Assembly (NCBI RefSeq): GCF_006345805.1
Contig: NW_021833769.1
Coordinates: 1-55,439 of the forward strand
DNA from: Octopus sinensis
Taxonomy: Eukaryota
Reading direction: 5' to 3'
Length of the DNA stretch: 55,439 bases
Positions 23,615 to 38,264 of this stretch are shown here, piece by piece. The first letter of the stretch is position 1. Each line of letters starts with the position of its first letter. The translations under genes and the position numbers were made by a program. Below the pieces are notes generated by a model that was given only the letters and a program-made list of their open reading frames with translations, did not search any database and was not told where the DNA came from.

Positions 23615-25272
23615 AAGCAAATGACAGTTCGATTCTGTTTTCTGCTTGGAAATTTGCGGATTTTACCTACACACCTGAAACAGGTAAGAAGAAATATGCA
23701 AGGCTTTTTTTCTTCAAGTTTAAAACAAGACATTGCTGGCATAATTTCGTTATATCTATACTCCGCAACCCACGGAAATACCCCAAGTGAGGTGTCTCGC
23801 CCTTGTCGAGCTATATCGAAGGAATGCCGAAATATCGGTTTAGTAATTTGAAATGAGAAATAATAAAAATATAAACTTCTGAAGCTCGTTTTTGAAATCT
23901 AAATTATAATTTTGTTGTTGTTGTATATATTTTATATTTTTACCATTGTAATTTCCTATGACCTGCGGGAATTTCAATATATTTTGTAAGAAGAAAACGT
24001 TGATGAAAAAATTAGAAGATTACTACGAAAGACGTATACAACATAGACAAATAAACTAAAAGAAAAAATACGAAAGAAAGAGAGAAAAAGAACAATAGAA
24101 GAGAAAAGAAAAGAGAGAACAGCTTAAAGTATTTTCCACTGTTTAGGTAATTATTTTGTAGCTAGTGAAATAAGTATTTTAGAGTGATCGAAAACATATC
24201 TGCAGACTGTTTTACATTGATACACACACATATATATATACACATAATTCTATACAACGGATAAACAACAGCAACAGCAGTGAAACATGCAACCATACAG
24301 ACGTGAAAAAGTGTGTATATGTGTATGGAAGTGTGTGATACTATAAGTATTATTTATACATACATGCTTATATTCTCTCTCTAGACATACGCACATTACG
24401 TATGTAGCATAATATATATGTAAATTACATATTATTTATGTTATGTATATTATATACATATATGTATGTATGTATGTGTGTCTGTGTATCTCTATGTGTT
24501 CATATCTATCTATCTACCTCTATCTGTCTGTCTGTCTCTCTCTCTATCTATATATATGTATATAAATATATATATTCATACGTATCACAAGTAATGGCAT
24601 TAATATAAATCATATGACAATTACTATGACATGTGTATATATATATATATATGCGTGTATATGTGTGTTAATACATATCATGTTACTACTATTTGATAAC
24701 GGAACTCGCACGTACATTATTTCGGCATATTTTCATGAAGAAACATCAATTTTATTTTACAACATTTTTCTTTCTGCATTAGAGAAATCCATCGATTTCT
24801 CTAACATGAACGCTGCACTATTCTTCTTCTCTTTCCTCTAAATTGATATCTTATAACCTAACAGCAATTTATTTAGAAGCCTACGTTTCTCAATTACTAA
24901 GATGTTTAACTATTTTAATCCTACTTTCTATGATACATCGTATTGTTTATGGTGTTTTGTGTACCTTTTCATAACATATTATCTTGCCCGGTCTCTCTTA
25001 ATTTCCCGTCATTATAGATGTTCCTTTAATTAGTTTCATTATACATGTTTCAAAATTACCATAACATAAACTCAATTATCACCGTTCAATATTTATTGCA
25101 TTTACCACGTTCATTTAATATGAAAAAAATAAAATGAGAATTTCAGCCTTTGAATATAAATCATGTAAATTCTGTTTTAAATCATGACGTGATATTTAGT
25201 ATATATATATGTAAAATAGAGAATATATACATCTATAATTCACAAATGATCACGTTTGCTAAACTCATCGTC

Positions 25273-25335
<63 letters not shown>

Positions 25336-25617
25336 TAGTGAAGCGGATAATCGCGAATAAGCTTGGTATATATATAGATACACACACACACGTATATATA
25401 TATATAGGGATATGCATTAATGCAAAGACTGAATATATTCAGAACATAAACGCCTGTGTACAAGCATTTAAATATCTATATATATATATGTCTACATCTA
25501 TATGTATGTATGTATGTGTGTATGTATGTATGTATGTATGTATGTATGTATGTATTTATGTATGTATGTATGTATGTATGTATCTATCTATCTATCTATA
25601 TGTATATATATTTATAT

Positions 25618-25652
<35 letters not shown>

Positions 25653-25729
25653 TGATAAGTAAATTTACTTTTATATGGAGTATAAATTTTGTCGAAAACT
25701 AAGGAGAGAATGTGTATTTTTTTTAACCC

Positions 25730-26220
25730 GACAGCTGTTTCTGGGAGCTTGGAATTACGTAATGGCTGTGATGTAATCTCTGTCTTTTCTACGCCACCAA
25801 AAAGGAATTAAGTTACGGCTTTGTGAGTTCTGCCTGTCTTGACAGACCGAAGAGATGTTATATAATTAATATCAAACCTATTTTTCAGTTGGTCAAATGC
25901 GTGAGCAAGGTCTGCGTGCGCATCTTTCACTCAGCTGAAATATCGAAATAATATCAACGTCTAGAATCCACCGATGTACAGAACATTGAAAAGTTTTGTT
26001 TTTTTATTTTCACTTTAAAAAACTTAGACCCGAATTCATTTGTCTTGAATCCTGCTCTGGAAATCAATACTGCCCAATACTCCTTTAAGGAGTAACAATG
26101 TGTTTGACCCACGTACAAAATATTCTATGGCACAGAGCGCCCTCAACAATGGGATACGAACTGCAAATGAGTTGTGGACACAAACATATGTAGCATATAA
26201 CGTATGACAATACTAACTCG
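25730..26220 (-). mobile_element. Possible Penelope-like relic
   Basis: Minus strand gives ILYVGQT..SLKE.W (GIY-YIG second motif) and ends near GAAACAGCTGTC, the 3' half of a hammerhead-like motif. Confidence 0.35.
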
Positions 26221-27287
26221 ATAATATACGAGCCTAATCCACCATGTAAATTTTCAATGAATCGTTACTAAATTACATTCATACGTGTATACATACATAC
26301 ATATATATATATATATATGGTGTGTGTGGTGTGTGTGTGTATGTGTGTGTGTGTGTGTGTGTGTTTGTATGTGTATGTATTTGTGTGCGTATTATGTATA
26401 CCTACTTAAGTGGATACATTCATACATTTAAAACGAGTGGCCCAAACAATAATATCCTCACAGATTGTTTCCTGTATAACTTCAATTGCTGCGTTTTTTA
26501 CGTATGGTTTGATATGTTTTTTGCTAATCGTTTGTTATTTCAAGTAGTTATTTTTACAAAAATCTACCTTCTGTTATTCTATATCATTCCATATTTATTA
26601 CAGTTACCATTATAGCTACTTGTTATGGCTGCTAATGTTGGAGTTGTTCACGTTGACGTTACGAGTTTGTAAGCTTTAGTTGCATTCGCTTTTCTAGTTG
26701 TTTGTTTGTTATGTAACATTTAGTCTTTCCTTCTGCTTTCTTTTTTTTTCCATTCTCTGTTGCTCTTTTAAAATTTGGTAATATATATCTCAACCATAGA
26801 GAATATTTTTCAGTGGATCATAATTTCTCTTTGAAATCTAATTCAAGTTTTGAAATATGGAAAAAGAAAAACAATGAAAAACAGAATGGAACAAAATGTC
26901 TTGGAGATATGAATACTCAATTGAACAAACCTATATCAAACTCCCTCTCAATCCATCCATTCACACACACACACACACACATGTACGCACACCCACTCAC
27001 GCACACACACGCGCGCACACACAGGGACACACACATATATACACAAACATATGAATATATGTATGTTTACATATATACGTTTGAGTATGTATGTACATAC
27101 ATCTATTTATTATCTATACATATAACTGCATTATATATATATGTGTGTGTGTGTGTGTGTGCGCGTGTATTCTCTCTTATATATATATACGTAAATGCAT
27201 ATAAATATATATGTGTATATATATATATATATACATCCATCTATTTGTCTACCTACTTACCTACCGCCATACCTATCTCTCTGTCAC

Positions 27288-27289
<2 letters not shown>

Positions 27290-27334
<45 letters not shown>

Positions 27335-27378
27335 CTATCTATCTATCTATCTATCTATTATCTATCTATCTACCTACG

Positions 27379-27436
<58 letters not shown>

Positions 27437-27449
27437 CCTATCTATCTAC

Positions 27450-27509
<60 letters not shown>

Positions 27510-27524
27510 GTATCTATCTATCTA
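27290..27524. repeat. (TATC)n microsatellite, 5' flank of Tx1-like LINE
   Basis: Direct reading. Confidence 0.95.
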
Positions 27525-28588
27525 GTGTCGCGTTGCTCTCAAGCAACTCTGCCGTCCTGGGTCGACCTTGAGTGACTTCAACACAACCAAAGCATTCTAT
27601 AGGGGTTTAGTGGAGGGGAGGTACGACGACGAGCTCGGGGCGAACCTGGACGTCGACGAGGAGTACCTGACCCGCCTGTTCAGGACGACTTTCGGGCCAG
27701 GGCCCATGGACAACTTCCAGACATCCCTGGCCTGGCAGTGCTACCGAGAAGCGCTACCCGTTCGGGATAAGCTCTACAGACACGGCTCGAGAAACACGAG
27801 GCCGACCTGCCCGAGATGCGGTCAGAGCGACGAAACCGTTCTGCACGCATTCGTGCAGTGTCCAACAATTTCCGACCTGTGGGCTTATGTCGAACAACTG
27901 CTGTCACGTATGGGACGAGTCGGTTTATCAGCTGAGTCTATCGTCAATATTGTCACGCCTCCTCCCTTCAAACGGGAAGGAAGAGCTATTTTCATCATCC
28001 TTGTGGCTATGGCGAAAGAATGTATCTGGTGGACGCGTCTGAAAGGATTGGAGACAAACACTTTCCTCTCTGGTCAATCTCTCATCAACTTCTTCAAGTA
28101 CCACTTGAAAAGGAAAGTGAGAGTAGAGAGGCAAGTTTTGTCTAGCGAATGTTTTAAAAAAAGATGGGTGAATGTAGCAAGAATGGCACGTATGAATGAC
28201 GAAGCCACCTTGAGCATGATCCTATGAACCCAGAAATTGAAAACAGAGAGTTGCTTATTTGCCAAAAAAAAACAAAGAAATATAACATGTGACTCCATTG
28301 ACCGAGGTTACCGTGGTCTTTTCCGTAGGCTTTTCTTTCCACGGGTAAACCTCACCTGTCCTCCCCTTTACACTTCATATCGACATTTCTGTGATAACGA
28401 TCCCTATTGATCAATTTTTTTTTCCTCTCCCCCTTTTTTTAACCCCCCCTTTTTTGTCCTCTTTCTCTCCTTTTACGATCCCTTTTGATGGAAACTCCCC
28501 CCTTCCTTTTTTTTTTTTTAACTAGAGAAAAGCTCTACCTTGTAATTTGTTCTATCTGTGTGCAGCCCTGCGTGGCTAGTAAAGAAAC
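27525..28588 (+). mobile_element. 5'-truncated Tx1/L1-clade LINE (ORF2 C-terminus with zf-RVT-type CCHC, plus 3' UTR)
   Basis: Uninterrupted frame to the stop at 28227, including LAWQCYREALPVRDKL..CPRCGQSDETVLHAFVQC..LW..V and MAKECIWWTR. GC-richer than the surroundings; pyrimidine-rich 3' UTR ending agtaaagaaac. Confidence 0.9.
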
Positions 28589-28589
28589 A

Positions 28590-28664
<75 letters not shown>

Positions 28665-28686
28665 TTATCTATTTATCTATCTATCT
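28590..28686. repeat. (TATC)n microsatellite, 3' flank of Tx1-like LINE
   Basis: Direct reading. Confidence 0.95.
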
Positions 28687-29029
28687 ACATGAGCGCATGT
28701 ATATATAAGTGTATCTATATTTTAGAATTCAGCAGTACAACATTCGAAACTCCTAAATACTTTGTTTCGAAAGTGTAAAGAGGGATCATTTGTAATGTAT
28801 TTGAAATAAAATGACTTGGAATTTTGTCCTACCTCCTCAGTGCATTACTGATATTTATGGTAACAATTACGGGTGGAAAATATTCAAAGTTGACCTGGTC
28901 AGAATCGACGTCAGTTTTTTAAAGAGATGCAAATCAAAGACAATGAGTCGTTTATTGTGATCGACCGATTCAGATATTCAGCGTTCTCATTAGCATAATA
29001 AAGAATACCAATAATGATAATCATTTCTA

Positions 29030-29362
29030 ACATATTCACAAGGCTAGTTGGTTACATTGACCTCAGTGCATAACTGGTACTTATTTAATCGAACCCGTAA
29101 GGACGAACAACAAAGTCAACCTCGGCGGAATTTGAACTCAGAACGTAATGGCAGACAAAATACATATTTCTTTATTACCCACAAGGGGCTAAACACAGAG
29201 GGAACAAACAAGGATAGACATAGGTATTAAGTCGATTACAGAGTAACTGGTTCTTAATTTATCGACCCCGAAATGATGAAAGGCAAAGCCGACCTCGGCA
29301 GAATTCGAACTCAACGTAACGGCAGACGAAATACCGCTAACGTTTCTGCCAGGTCACTACCT
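29030..29362 (-). mobile_element. Family A SINE dimer with internal deletions
   Basis: Two gtcaacctcggcggaatttgaactcagaacg-type units; head at about 29362. Confidence 0.8.
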
Positions 29363-29367
29363 TCTTG

Positions 29368-29780
<413 letters not shown>

Positions 29781-30399
29781 TAATAATAATAAAATATACG
29801 CAGAAAGATAAACATTTTTCGGTTTCTTTGTCAGGGATGAACTTGGCCTGCGGAAGTTGGTGAATGGTAAGCCTAACGTAAAATTACCTTCAATTTTTAG
29901 TATGACCTGCCTGATGATGATTAGTGTCTCATGCGCCCCGCTTCTCGAAAAATGTGACTCATGCCTGGCTTAGATATTTAACAGTTAGTCAGTGTGTTGT
30001 GTTCGTGTAGCTTCCATGTTCGCTTATGAGACGTCTGAGTTTGACAGGAGGAAAGAAGGAAGTTATTCTTTATGGGAGAGACCTGGCCTCTAACTTTGGA
30101 ATGTAGGTAACTCTAAAGACATAGAATACAGAACGAATGTGAAGTATTATAAGACGAGGATAAATAACTTCGGTCTGAGATTGAACCATTAGCTAACCTC
30201 TGACTCGCGTATCGTGTTGGAAAAAAAACAACAACAACAAGAAATGGTCAAGCGATTTATCAGACTCTCGAAGACTAATGGGTTGGAAGAATAAAAGTAT
30301 CTCGAAATCGGACCTCTAGACCAAATGATTGACAAATAAAGCCGATTCTAACTAAAAGTATTCAAGTATCAAGTAATGTATTTCAAAAAGTCGACGTAT

Positions 30400-30750
30400 G
30401 AAGTATGTTACCCAAGTAGGTCGTAATGGCATTTAATTTCAGAAAGTACCGTGCAGCAACAAATAATACGTGACATCTCATCTTCTCCGTTGAATTAATG
30501 GTTCCACATAGCCACCACTCTTGATTGGTAAATTGTTTACAGAAACCGGAAATATCAATGGCAAAATTAATCTCGTCTGGAAGTGAATTAAAAACGCAAT
30601 GATCCAGAATAAATAACGCGATGTATTTAGCCCGACACTCAAGTATTCCTGCCAAATTTTAAGTCTCACATCCTCAAACAACATGTCGTGACTTAAATCA
30701 ATACATATTTTAGACTTTTCTAATTTGTCTTGCTTCACAAGTACTTTGTT
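30400..30750 (-). pseudogene. Degenerate CR1/L2/Jockey-type RT fragment
   Basis: ORF 30478-30738 reads IDLS..D...RLKIWQEY...G...LFWIIAFL...QTRLIL....LPIKSG, resembling DLSKAFD..H..LL.KL..YGI.G.LL.WI..FL..R.Q.V......LPVKSGVPQG. Confidence 0.5.
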
Positions 30751-32329
30751 GAACGCTAACTATTGTTTTTCTCATTGCGTGTTAATTTCAAATGATTAAA
30801 CATCTTTTTTGGCGTAATATATTACGTACGCTAGCCTTTATCTAACTATATGCATTTTGTTCAGAACGTCTTTATTCGATTCTTTTTTAATTATCATCAC
30901 CTTTCCAAATAAATTTATTCCAAACAACTAGAATTCTGACTACTTTTGTTCCTGAACTTTAAATGTCATATGTCTGAGTGAGAGGCAGACAAATTATGGT
31001 GATAACAATCTGAAAAATTTTAAAGCATTCGTGTGGATAATAAACAAACCAAAAGAAAGAAAAACAGACACTGGACACAATTTCACTCTACGAATGTAAA
31101 CTAAAATGAAGTCTAGATGCATTTTTCAGTACGCAAACACGCACACACTCACACACATACACGTACACACACACACACAGAAACATAAAACTATGAACAG
31201 TACGCATAGACGTAGAACCCGTGTACACGCTAATACATACCGATATACGTATGTGTGTTACGTTTAAATGTACCAGTCATTGACGAATTAACCAGGATGC
31301 GGTACACAACTCATTCGTTTTTAACTGTTCGTATCGATTTTAAATATTTCTCTTTTCGCATTTAGTTTACAGATCTCTATTTGACAAATTATTATATTGT
31401 CTAGCAACATCATCGCGCATAATTTAGATAAAATCAAGGAAATGCTACCCAAGTTTCTCAGCGCTTTACACCGAAATTTTCACCTAAACATTAAAGCAAC
31501 TATCGACTTCATAATGTTCAGTTTCTTAGGGGTGACGTTTAATATCAATGTCAAATATTCTAACTACATTTGAAAACCATCTTTTATATAGCATACACAG
31601 AGAGAACATTTGCAATCATATATGAAGCGAGATTAGAAATATTTTCAAAAATTTAAGAGAGACTCTAGCAGTTCTTATGACGTAGCGCTATTCAATAGAA
31701 TAGGAAATCTATAGAATAGCGAGTTAGAATATGGTTCTTTTTAATGGAGCTTAAAAGAAACATTTAATAGCACAAAAGCATGCAACTTAGTAATAGGTAG
31801 TGCAAAAGAAAGGTTAAATACTGTAGTCTACTCTACTCCGTTAAATAAGTGTAACGCTTGGAAATGAATTCCTTTGATTTTAAAAATACGTTTTCTTCTT
31901 GTACATAAAAAGGCAGAAAAGGCAGAATATAGAGTAATCACTGTCAATCTTTTTGTACTTCAAACGCAATATTCTTTTGTAGTACTCATCAGTTTTCTTG
32001 TAACTTTGTTTACCTGCAGTTAGGCTTGGCCTGGGATATGAAGAAATCCTTTTCATGCATGACCATCCCGTCTTTACAAGTCTTATTTTCTCTTATATAA
32101 CATCTAATGTGTCCTTTGTTTACGAGCTTACAATCTAATGTGTCCTTTGTTTATGAGGTTACAATATCATTTGTGGTAGATGGAATTTGGCTGCTATTCC
32201 TAACATGTCAAGCAATCACATAAATAAAAACTCTTGTTGACTTATATTATTACTATCGCAAATTTTTGGATCGTTTAGTCAGGTAAGGGGAATTTAAAAG
32301 CCTCCAACACTGATGGAAAATACCATCAT

Positions 32330-32600
32330 CTGGACATCTTGTAAACAATTGGACTTCTCCATTACAAACATTATTTCGTGATAGTGTTGGCAAGAGTTCG
32401 AAACGTCTATGGTGAGAAATACACTTCAAGAAGTTGAACGGATTAGGAGGCATTTCTCTCTTCGGTCCAAGTTTTTTTCTTGTAAAGGAAAGTGACTGGG
32501 GGAGGAAAGCGTTTCTCCAAACCAGGTTGACAAAAGTAGGCTTATTGAGGTGAAAATGATTAGGGTTAATGGACCTACACAACTCATGTGCCTATATATT
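32330..32600 (+). pseudogene. Possible GIY-YIG (Penelope) fragment
   Basis: Frameshifted reading resembles IIYVI.C..C..VYxGETSRSL; weak. Confidence 0.3.
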
Positions 32601-32864
32601 GCAGATCTACATGCGCATGTTATATTTCTACTCTCTTAGGGAGTGGAAATCCCGTGTGTAAAGAGCCGTAAAAGGAGCAACGTAAGGAACCCCCTTCCAA
32701 CGTTCTAAAGATTCAGCCAGTCCAACATAGGGAAGGGTTTTATATTTCATCAAACTCAGGAGCATGAGAGGCAAAACTGCCAGCAGCGAAGTTTTGGCAG
32801 AAGGCTCGGAGGTTTAGAGGAGGTGGGAGTGAAGTCGAGTAAATCGAGCCTAGTGTTCAACGTG

Positions 32865-33600
32865 TAAACTTGTACTTATTTTATTGTCCCCGAAAGGATG
32901 AAAGGCAAACTCGATCTCGGCGAAATTTGAATTGTGAACGTAAAGAGGACAACATACTACTAAGTATTTCGCCCGGCGTGCTGACCATTCTGCCAGCTGG
33001 CCGCATTATTCACGACTAATATTCTGTTTTACTCTAGACCCGAAATTTTTAGAGAGTGGTCCAGTCGATCAGAACGACCCCAGTGCGTAACTGGTACTTA
33101 ATTCATCGAACCTGAAGCGATGAAAAGCAAAGTCGACCTCGGCGGAATTTCAACTCAGAACGAAACTGCAAACAAAATACCTATTTCTTTACTACCCACA
33201 AGGGGCTACACACAGAGGGGACAAACAAGGACAGACAAACGGATTAAGTCGATTATATCAACCCCAGTGCGTAAATGGTACTTATTTAATCGACCCAGAA
33301 AGGATGAAAGGCAAAGTCGACCTCGGCGTAATTTGAACTCAGAACATAGCGGCAAACGAAATAGCTATTTCTTTACTACCCACAAGGGGCTAAATACAGA
33401 GGGGGCAAACAAGGAAAGACAAACAGATTAAGCGATTATATCGACCCCAGTGCGTAACTGGTACTTATTTAATCAAGCCCCCCAAAGGATTTAAAGGCAA
33501 AGTCGACCTCGGCGGAATTTGAACTCAGAACGTAGCGGCAGACGAAATACCGCAAAGCATTTCGCCCGGCGGGCTAACGTTTCTGCCAGCTCGCCGCCTT
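32865..33600 (-). mobile_element. Family A SINE trimer (33020-33600) plus an adjacent single copy (32865-33005)
   Basis: ~184-bp periodic units; full head at 33599. Confidence 0.88.
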
Positions 33601-33889
33601 AATAATAATAATAATCTTTTCTACTGCAGGCACAAACCCCGAAATTTATCCAGAAATGATGAAAGGCAAAGTCTACCTCGGCGGTCAGCATTAATAGTGC
33701 AAGTCTACTGAGGCATTGAGCAGGGAGAATTGTTAGCAGGCCAGGAAAAATGCTTAGCAGTATTTCGCCCGTCTTTCCGTTCTGCGCAGAGGGATTGATG
33801 TAATCGAATTACTCCTACATTGGAAATCCTGTGCTTTGTGTCAGAGTTTGAAACCAATATTCCAAGAACTCCGCCAATTCGTTCTTTTT

Positions 33890-34295
33890 ACTCTCTTTTT
33901 ACTCTTTTTAGTTTCAGTCGTTTGACTGTGGCCATGCTGGACCACAGCCTTTAGTCGATCAAATCGACCCCATGACGTATTCTCTGTAAGCCTAGTACTT
34001 ATTCTATCGGTCTCTTTTGCCGAACCGCTAGTTTACGGGGACGTAAACACACCAGCATTGGTTGTCAAGCGATGGTGCGGCAAAAAACTCAGACACACAA
34101 ACATGCACGCACATATATATATATATACATACATATATACGACAGGCTTCTTTCAGTTTCCGTCTACCAAATCCACTCAAAAGGCTTTGGTCGGCCCGAG
34201 GCTATAGTAGAAGACACTTGCCCAAGATGCCACGCAATGGGACTGAACCCGGAACCATGTTGTTGGTAACCAAACTACTTACCACACAGCCACTT
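33890..34295 (-). mobile_element. Family B SINE, near full length
   Basis: Reverse complement homologous to 15405-15815. Confidence 0.88.
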
Positions 34296-34839
34296 CTGCC
34301 CCTTCGCTATTAATTTATATTTAGGAGTAGCTTCTGGAAATACTGTTAGATAAACGGCATAAGAGAAATACAATCATCCAGTAACACATTTTACAAAGAT
34401 TTCGTGATCTAACATTTAGAAATAACTATCGAGGGAATATATAAGCTAAGTATGATATCATATTTCGTAGTAGCTTGAAGAATAATTGACATTAGTGTTT
34501 GATATAAATTTAAAAATATGTCCGTTATTCTTCTTTTTGTTATACACTTGACTATAACGTGATAATTAATTTTGACCATAACGTGATAATTGTTGAGAAA
34601 TATCCAGAGAATGGTCAGTATATAAAAACGTAACTTGGTATTTACCAGTCTTAGAACATGATATATTTTAACATGAACACCAATTTCTCAATTCTCAAGA
34701 ACTCACGCATATACGCACACATGCGGATACACATACACGCAGATATACGTAAACGCGGATATACATACACGCGGATATACATATATGCACACACACACAC
34801 CGAAGCACTAGCCCACCTACTCCTAGATATCTATCTATC

Positions 34840-34899
<60 letters not shown>

Positions 34900-34909
34900 G
34901 ATCGATCGA

Positions 34910-34977
<68 letters not shown>

Positions 34978-35222
34978 CTATCTATCTATCTATGTATATA
35001 TCTATGTATGTATGTATGTATGTATGTATGTATGTATGTATGTATCTATCTATCTATCTATCTGTCTGTCTATTTATCTATCAAATTTCATCCATGACAT
35101 GCCTCCTAAGTATTTTATTGGTCCACAGAGAAGAAAACGATATTTATGGTGATGGGATTTTATAACTAACCAGAAAAGGGACATCATAGCACAGTACATT
35201 TCCTAGATTAACTTAATTCTCA

Positions 35223-35274
<52 letters not shown>

Positions 35275-35281
35275 GCTACTG

Positions 35282-35313
<32 letters not shown>

Positions 35314-36960
35314 GAAACTTTTATTTATTGATCACAAGGTTCGAAAAAGACAACAATACAAAATAAAAAGCATGAGACCGATTGGGCCTAACACAAAAAC
35401 ATATGTAAACAATAAGATAACAATAATAATAATAATAATAATAACAATTAACGACAAAATTTCAACAATAAAATTCCCCCAAATGGGAAAATTTTTGCGG
35501 GACCAACTACAGAACTGCACACATCCTGGTCGCCCCGTTATCCAAGTTTATCCTTCTTTCAGGCGCATGTTCGGAGAATCACGCGGGCCATTCTCGCCAC
35601 ACTCACTCACTTTTCAACAAAAATACTAGTGGGGGAATCATTTCTCTCAATAGTTTCGCTCTCTTTTGTAGTGGAATTTGAATATGTCGATGAGGGCTTC
35701 GCCGAGGATGATAGTCTCTGTCTTCATTTCATTCAACCTCGTCCACCTGACTACCTTTTTCGCCATTGCCCCTTGACGGGGGAAATTTGCCTGCCCTTCC
35801 CAACCAAAATAAGGCAGCGGAGCGATACTCATGATAGATTCGGCCGATAACTGGATCTGGTGGCTGTATATGCAACAATAGCTTTTCGACAAAGTCCCCA
35901 TGTTAGAAATACTCGGACACTTGACGAGTGCACGCAAAATGGTTTCATCGCTCTAGGCACATCTCGAACAGATTCTTCTGACAATAGTTCCGTGCCTGAA
36001 CTTGTTTCGAACAGCCCCTCTCCAACCCCAGTAGCAAGGCCAGGGCAGAAAGTCCTTGGTAAAAGACGACGAGCCAATTGATCTCCGGCAACGCCTAGAG
36101 TTCACCGATGTCGCCATCTCTCTTGTGAGCCACTAATGATCAAGTAGATCTACAATGTGAAGCATTCACCTACCGCAATGCACGACTAGAGGGCTACGAG
36201 TACTTTCCCGACTGCCCTTGGTCCAGGACTGTAGTTCCATCAATGGGACGAACTGCAGAAAACCCTGTCTGACAAAAGCGATCAAACCTTGTTACTGTCG
36301 AGGAAACGCTGGATATATTGCAGCCTCAGCGACACGTTCATGTCTGCGCATCATTAGCCATGGTATGCCCGGTCTCCACTCCAAATAGACCGTCAACCGA
36401 GCTGAACCCATCCGTCCACAGAAAGAGGAATAACAAGCTCTCTTGCTTTATCAGCAATGCAGAAGGACAGTGGAAGACAGTCAGGCGATAGAAGAATACG
36501 GATGCAGTGTTAACATCCGCAACCTCTACTCGATATTTCAAGGACTACTTCATCTCTGCTCATTTCTGGGTGAGACTGGTCACCCTCAACGTCACCTACC
36601 CCTAGCGTTTGTCTACCTGAAGGTTCAGAGCAAATCAAAACCCGTGCAACTTAACTGGTCCTTCCGGTGTCGAGCTGGAGGCCAACCGAATAGTGTCAAT
36701 CACTTCAATTCCAAGATGTCCGACTCTATTACCATAACGTCTTCTGCATAAGCTGACGCGAAACCTCCGCGTCCTAGTTCATGCAGAGGACCCTCGAAAC
36801 ATCCATCCTCCGTAGCAATAGCTTGAGAGTCAGCATATATAAAACGAGCAAGAGCTGGAATCCTTGACAGACCAAACATGTGATGCTATACGATTCCGAT
36901 GGATGGCCATTCACTTTGACCACCGAGAGATATCTGTGGATCACTAAACGACTTGCAACA
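35314..36960 (-). pseudogene. Degenerate Tx1/L1-clade LINE (RT to C-terminus)
   Basis: VKVNGHPSES.SIT..V.QG, SAYAEDV (YADD), and RALVKCPSIS..LSAESIM..MAKKVVRWTRL, homologous to the 27.5-kb ORF but with a different 3' UTR. 3' end abuts (CTA)n at 35225-35313. Confidence 0.8.
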
Positions 36961-37963
36961 TAATTTCACGAGCATGTTGTTCCGTTGATTGGATAAACTG
37001 GAAGCCACGTCGTCGTAACCATCGGAGTACCAGTCGTATCATTAATTTAGCGGTACGGTAAAATTTACTAATAGAATAGGTACAAGACTTTAAAAAATAA
37101 ATAATTAGGTTGAGTTATTCAATTAAAGTCCTTTATGGCGATGCCTCGGCATGGCTTCAGTTCAAAGAATGAAACAAGTAAAACGTAAACATGAGGCTCG
37201 AAGAGAACAGAGGCTCTTATTCAGGCTACATTGGTGATAGTAAATTTATATCGTATTCTTCATTACTTGGGTTCGAACACAATAAAGACAAGCAGGTAAA
37301 ACATAAAATTACAATATAACATATATTTTATGTTGAAAGATGTCGGAATAATTTTACATCGATTTTATTGCTAGAGCAATTTCGTTGCAATTATTCTGAG
37401 AGTCTAAAAATGTTAAGTTTCAAAAGACATGTAGGATCCAAAAACGTAGTTGTACTACCGTGAGGCGAACCTATGATTGCTGATTTCCGGTCTGGTTCCA
37501 TTGATCATGTATCATTAAATATATTGGAGAAAATCACATACGTCATTTCACTCTCTTTCACCAAATCTCAAATATCGGAGCAACTATTATATAAATAGAT
37601 AGATTAAATAAAAAAAAATTCCGCATAAATCGAGAATGTCGGAACACACATACGAAACCACTCTAACGTAAAATGCATGGACGGACACATATGAACAAAA
37701 TATATTTACGCCCCTGAAGAAACGTTAGATATGTGAACATGTGCATGTATATGTGTGTGTGTATGTATATATATATGCACGCGCGTGTGTGTGTATAAAT
37801 ATACCTGTGTGTGTGTGTGTGGGTGTGTGTATATATATATATGTATATAAATATATGTGTGTGTGTGGATGTATATATATATATATATATATGTACCTAC
37901 GTATATGGTTTACTCTCCCGTTAAGGGAATATCAGCAAGTACTCTATCCAGTGAGAAATAAGT

Positions 37964-38030
<67 letters not shown>

Positions 38031-38042
<12 letters not shown>

Positions 38043-38215
38043 GTATATTTATGTATATTTATATATATATATATGATATATATATATATAAATACAATGT
38101 CGTAGGAGGATATACAAAGATGCGCACACAACTGCATATGTATCTCTATGTAGCCGTATATACATACATCCATCCATACATACATACATACGTATACATA
38201 CATATACATACATAC

Positions 38216-38264
<49 letters not shown>

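Noticed and set aside
23640-23690. Plus-strand donor cag/gtaaga closing an apparent exon (…FTYTPETG)
   Set aside because: The upstream frame has an in-frame TGA and no acceptor; the same bases form a minus-strand acceptor, so strand cannot be decided.
24779-24804. 11-bp perfect hairpin ttagagaaatc/gatttctctaa
   Set aside because: Short, AT-rich and isolated; expected occasionally by chance.
32101-32165. 31-bp tandem duplication
   Set aside because: Ordinary slippage inside a degenerate interspersed repeat.
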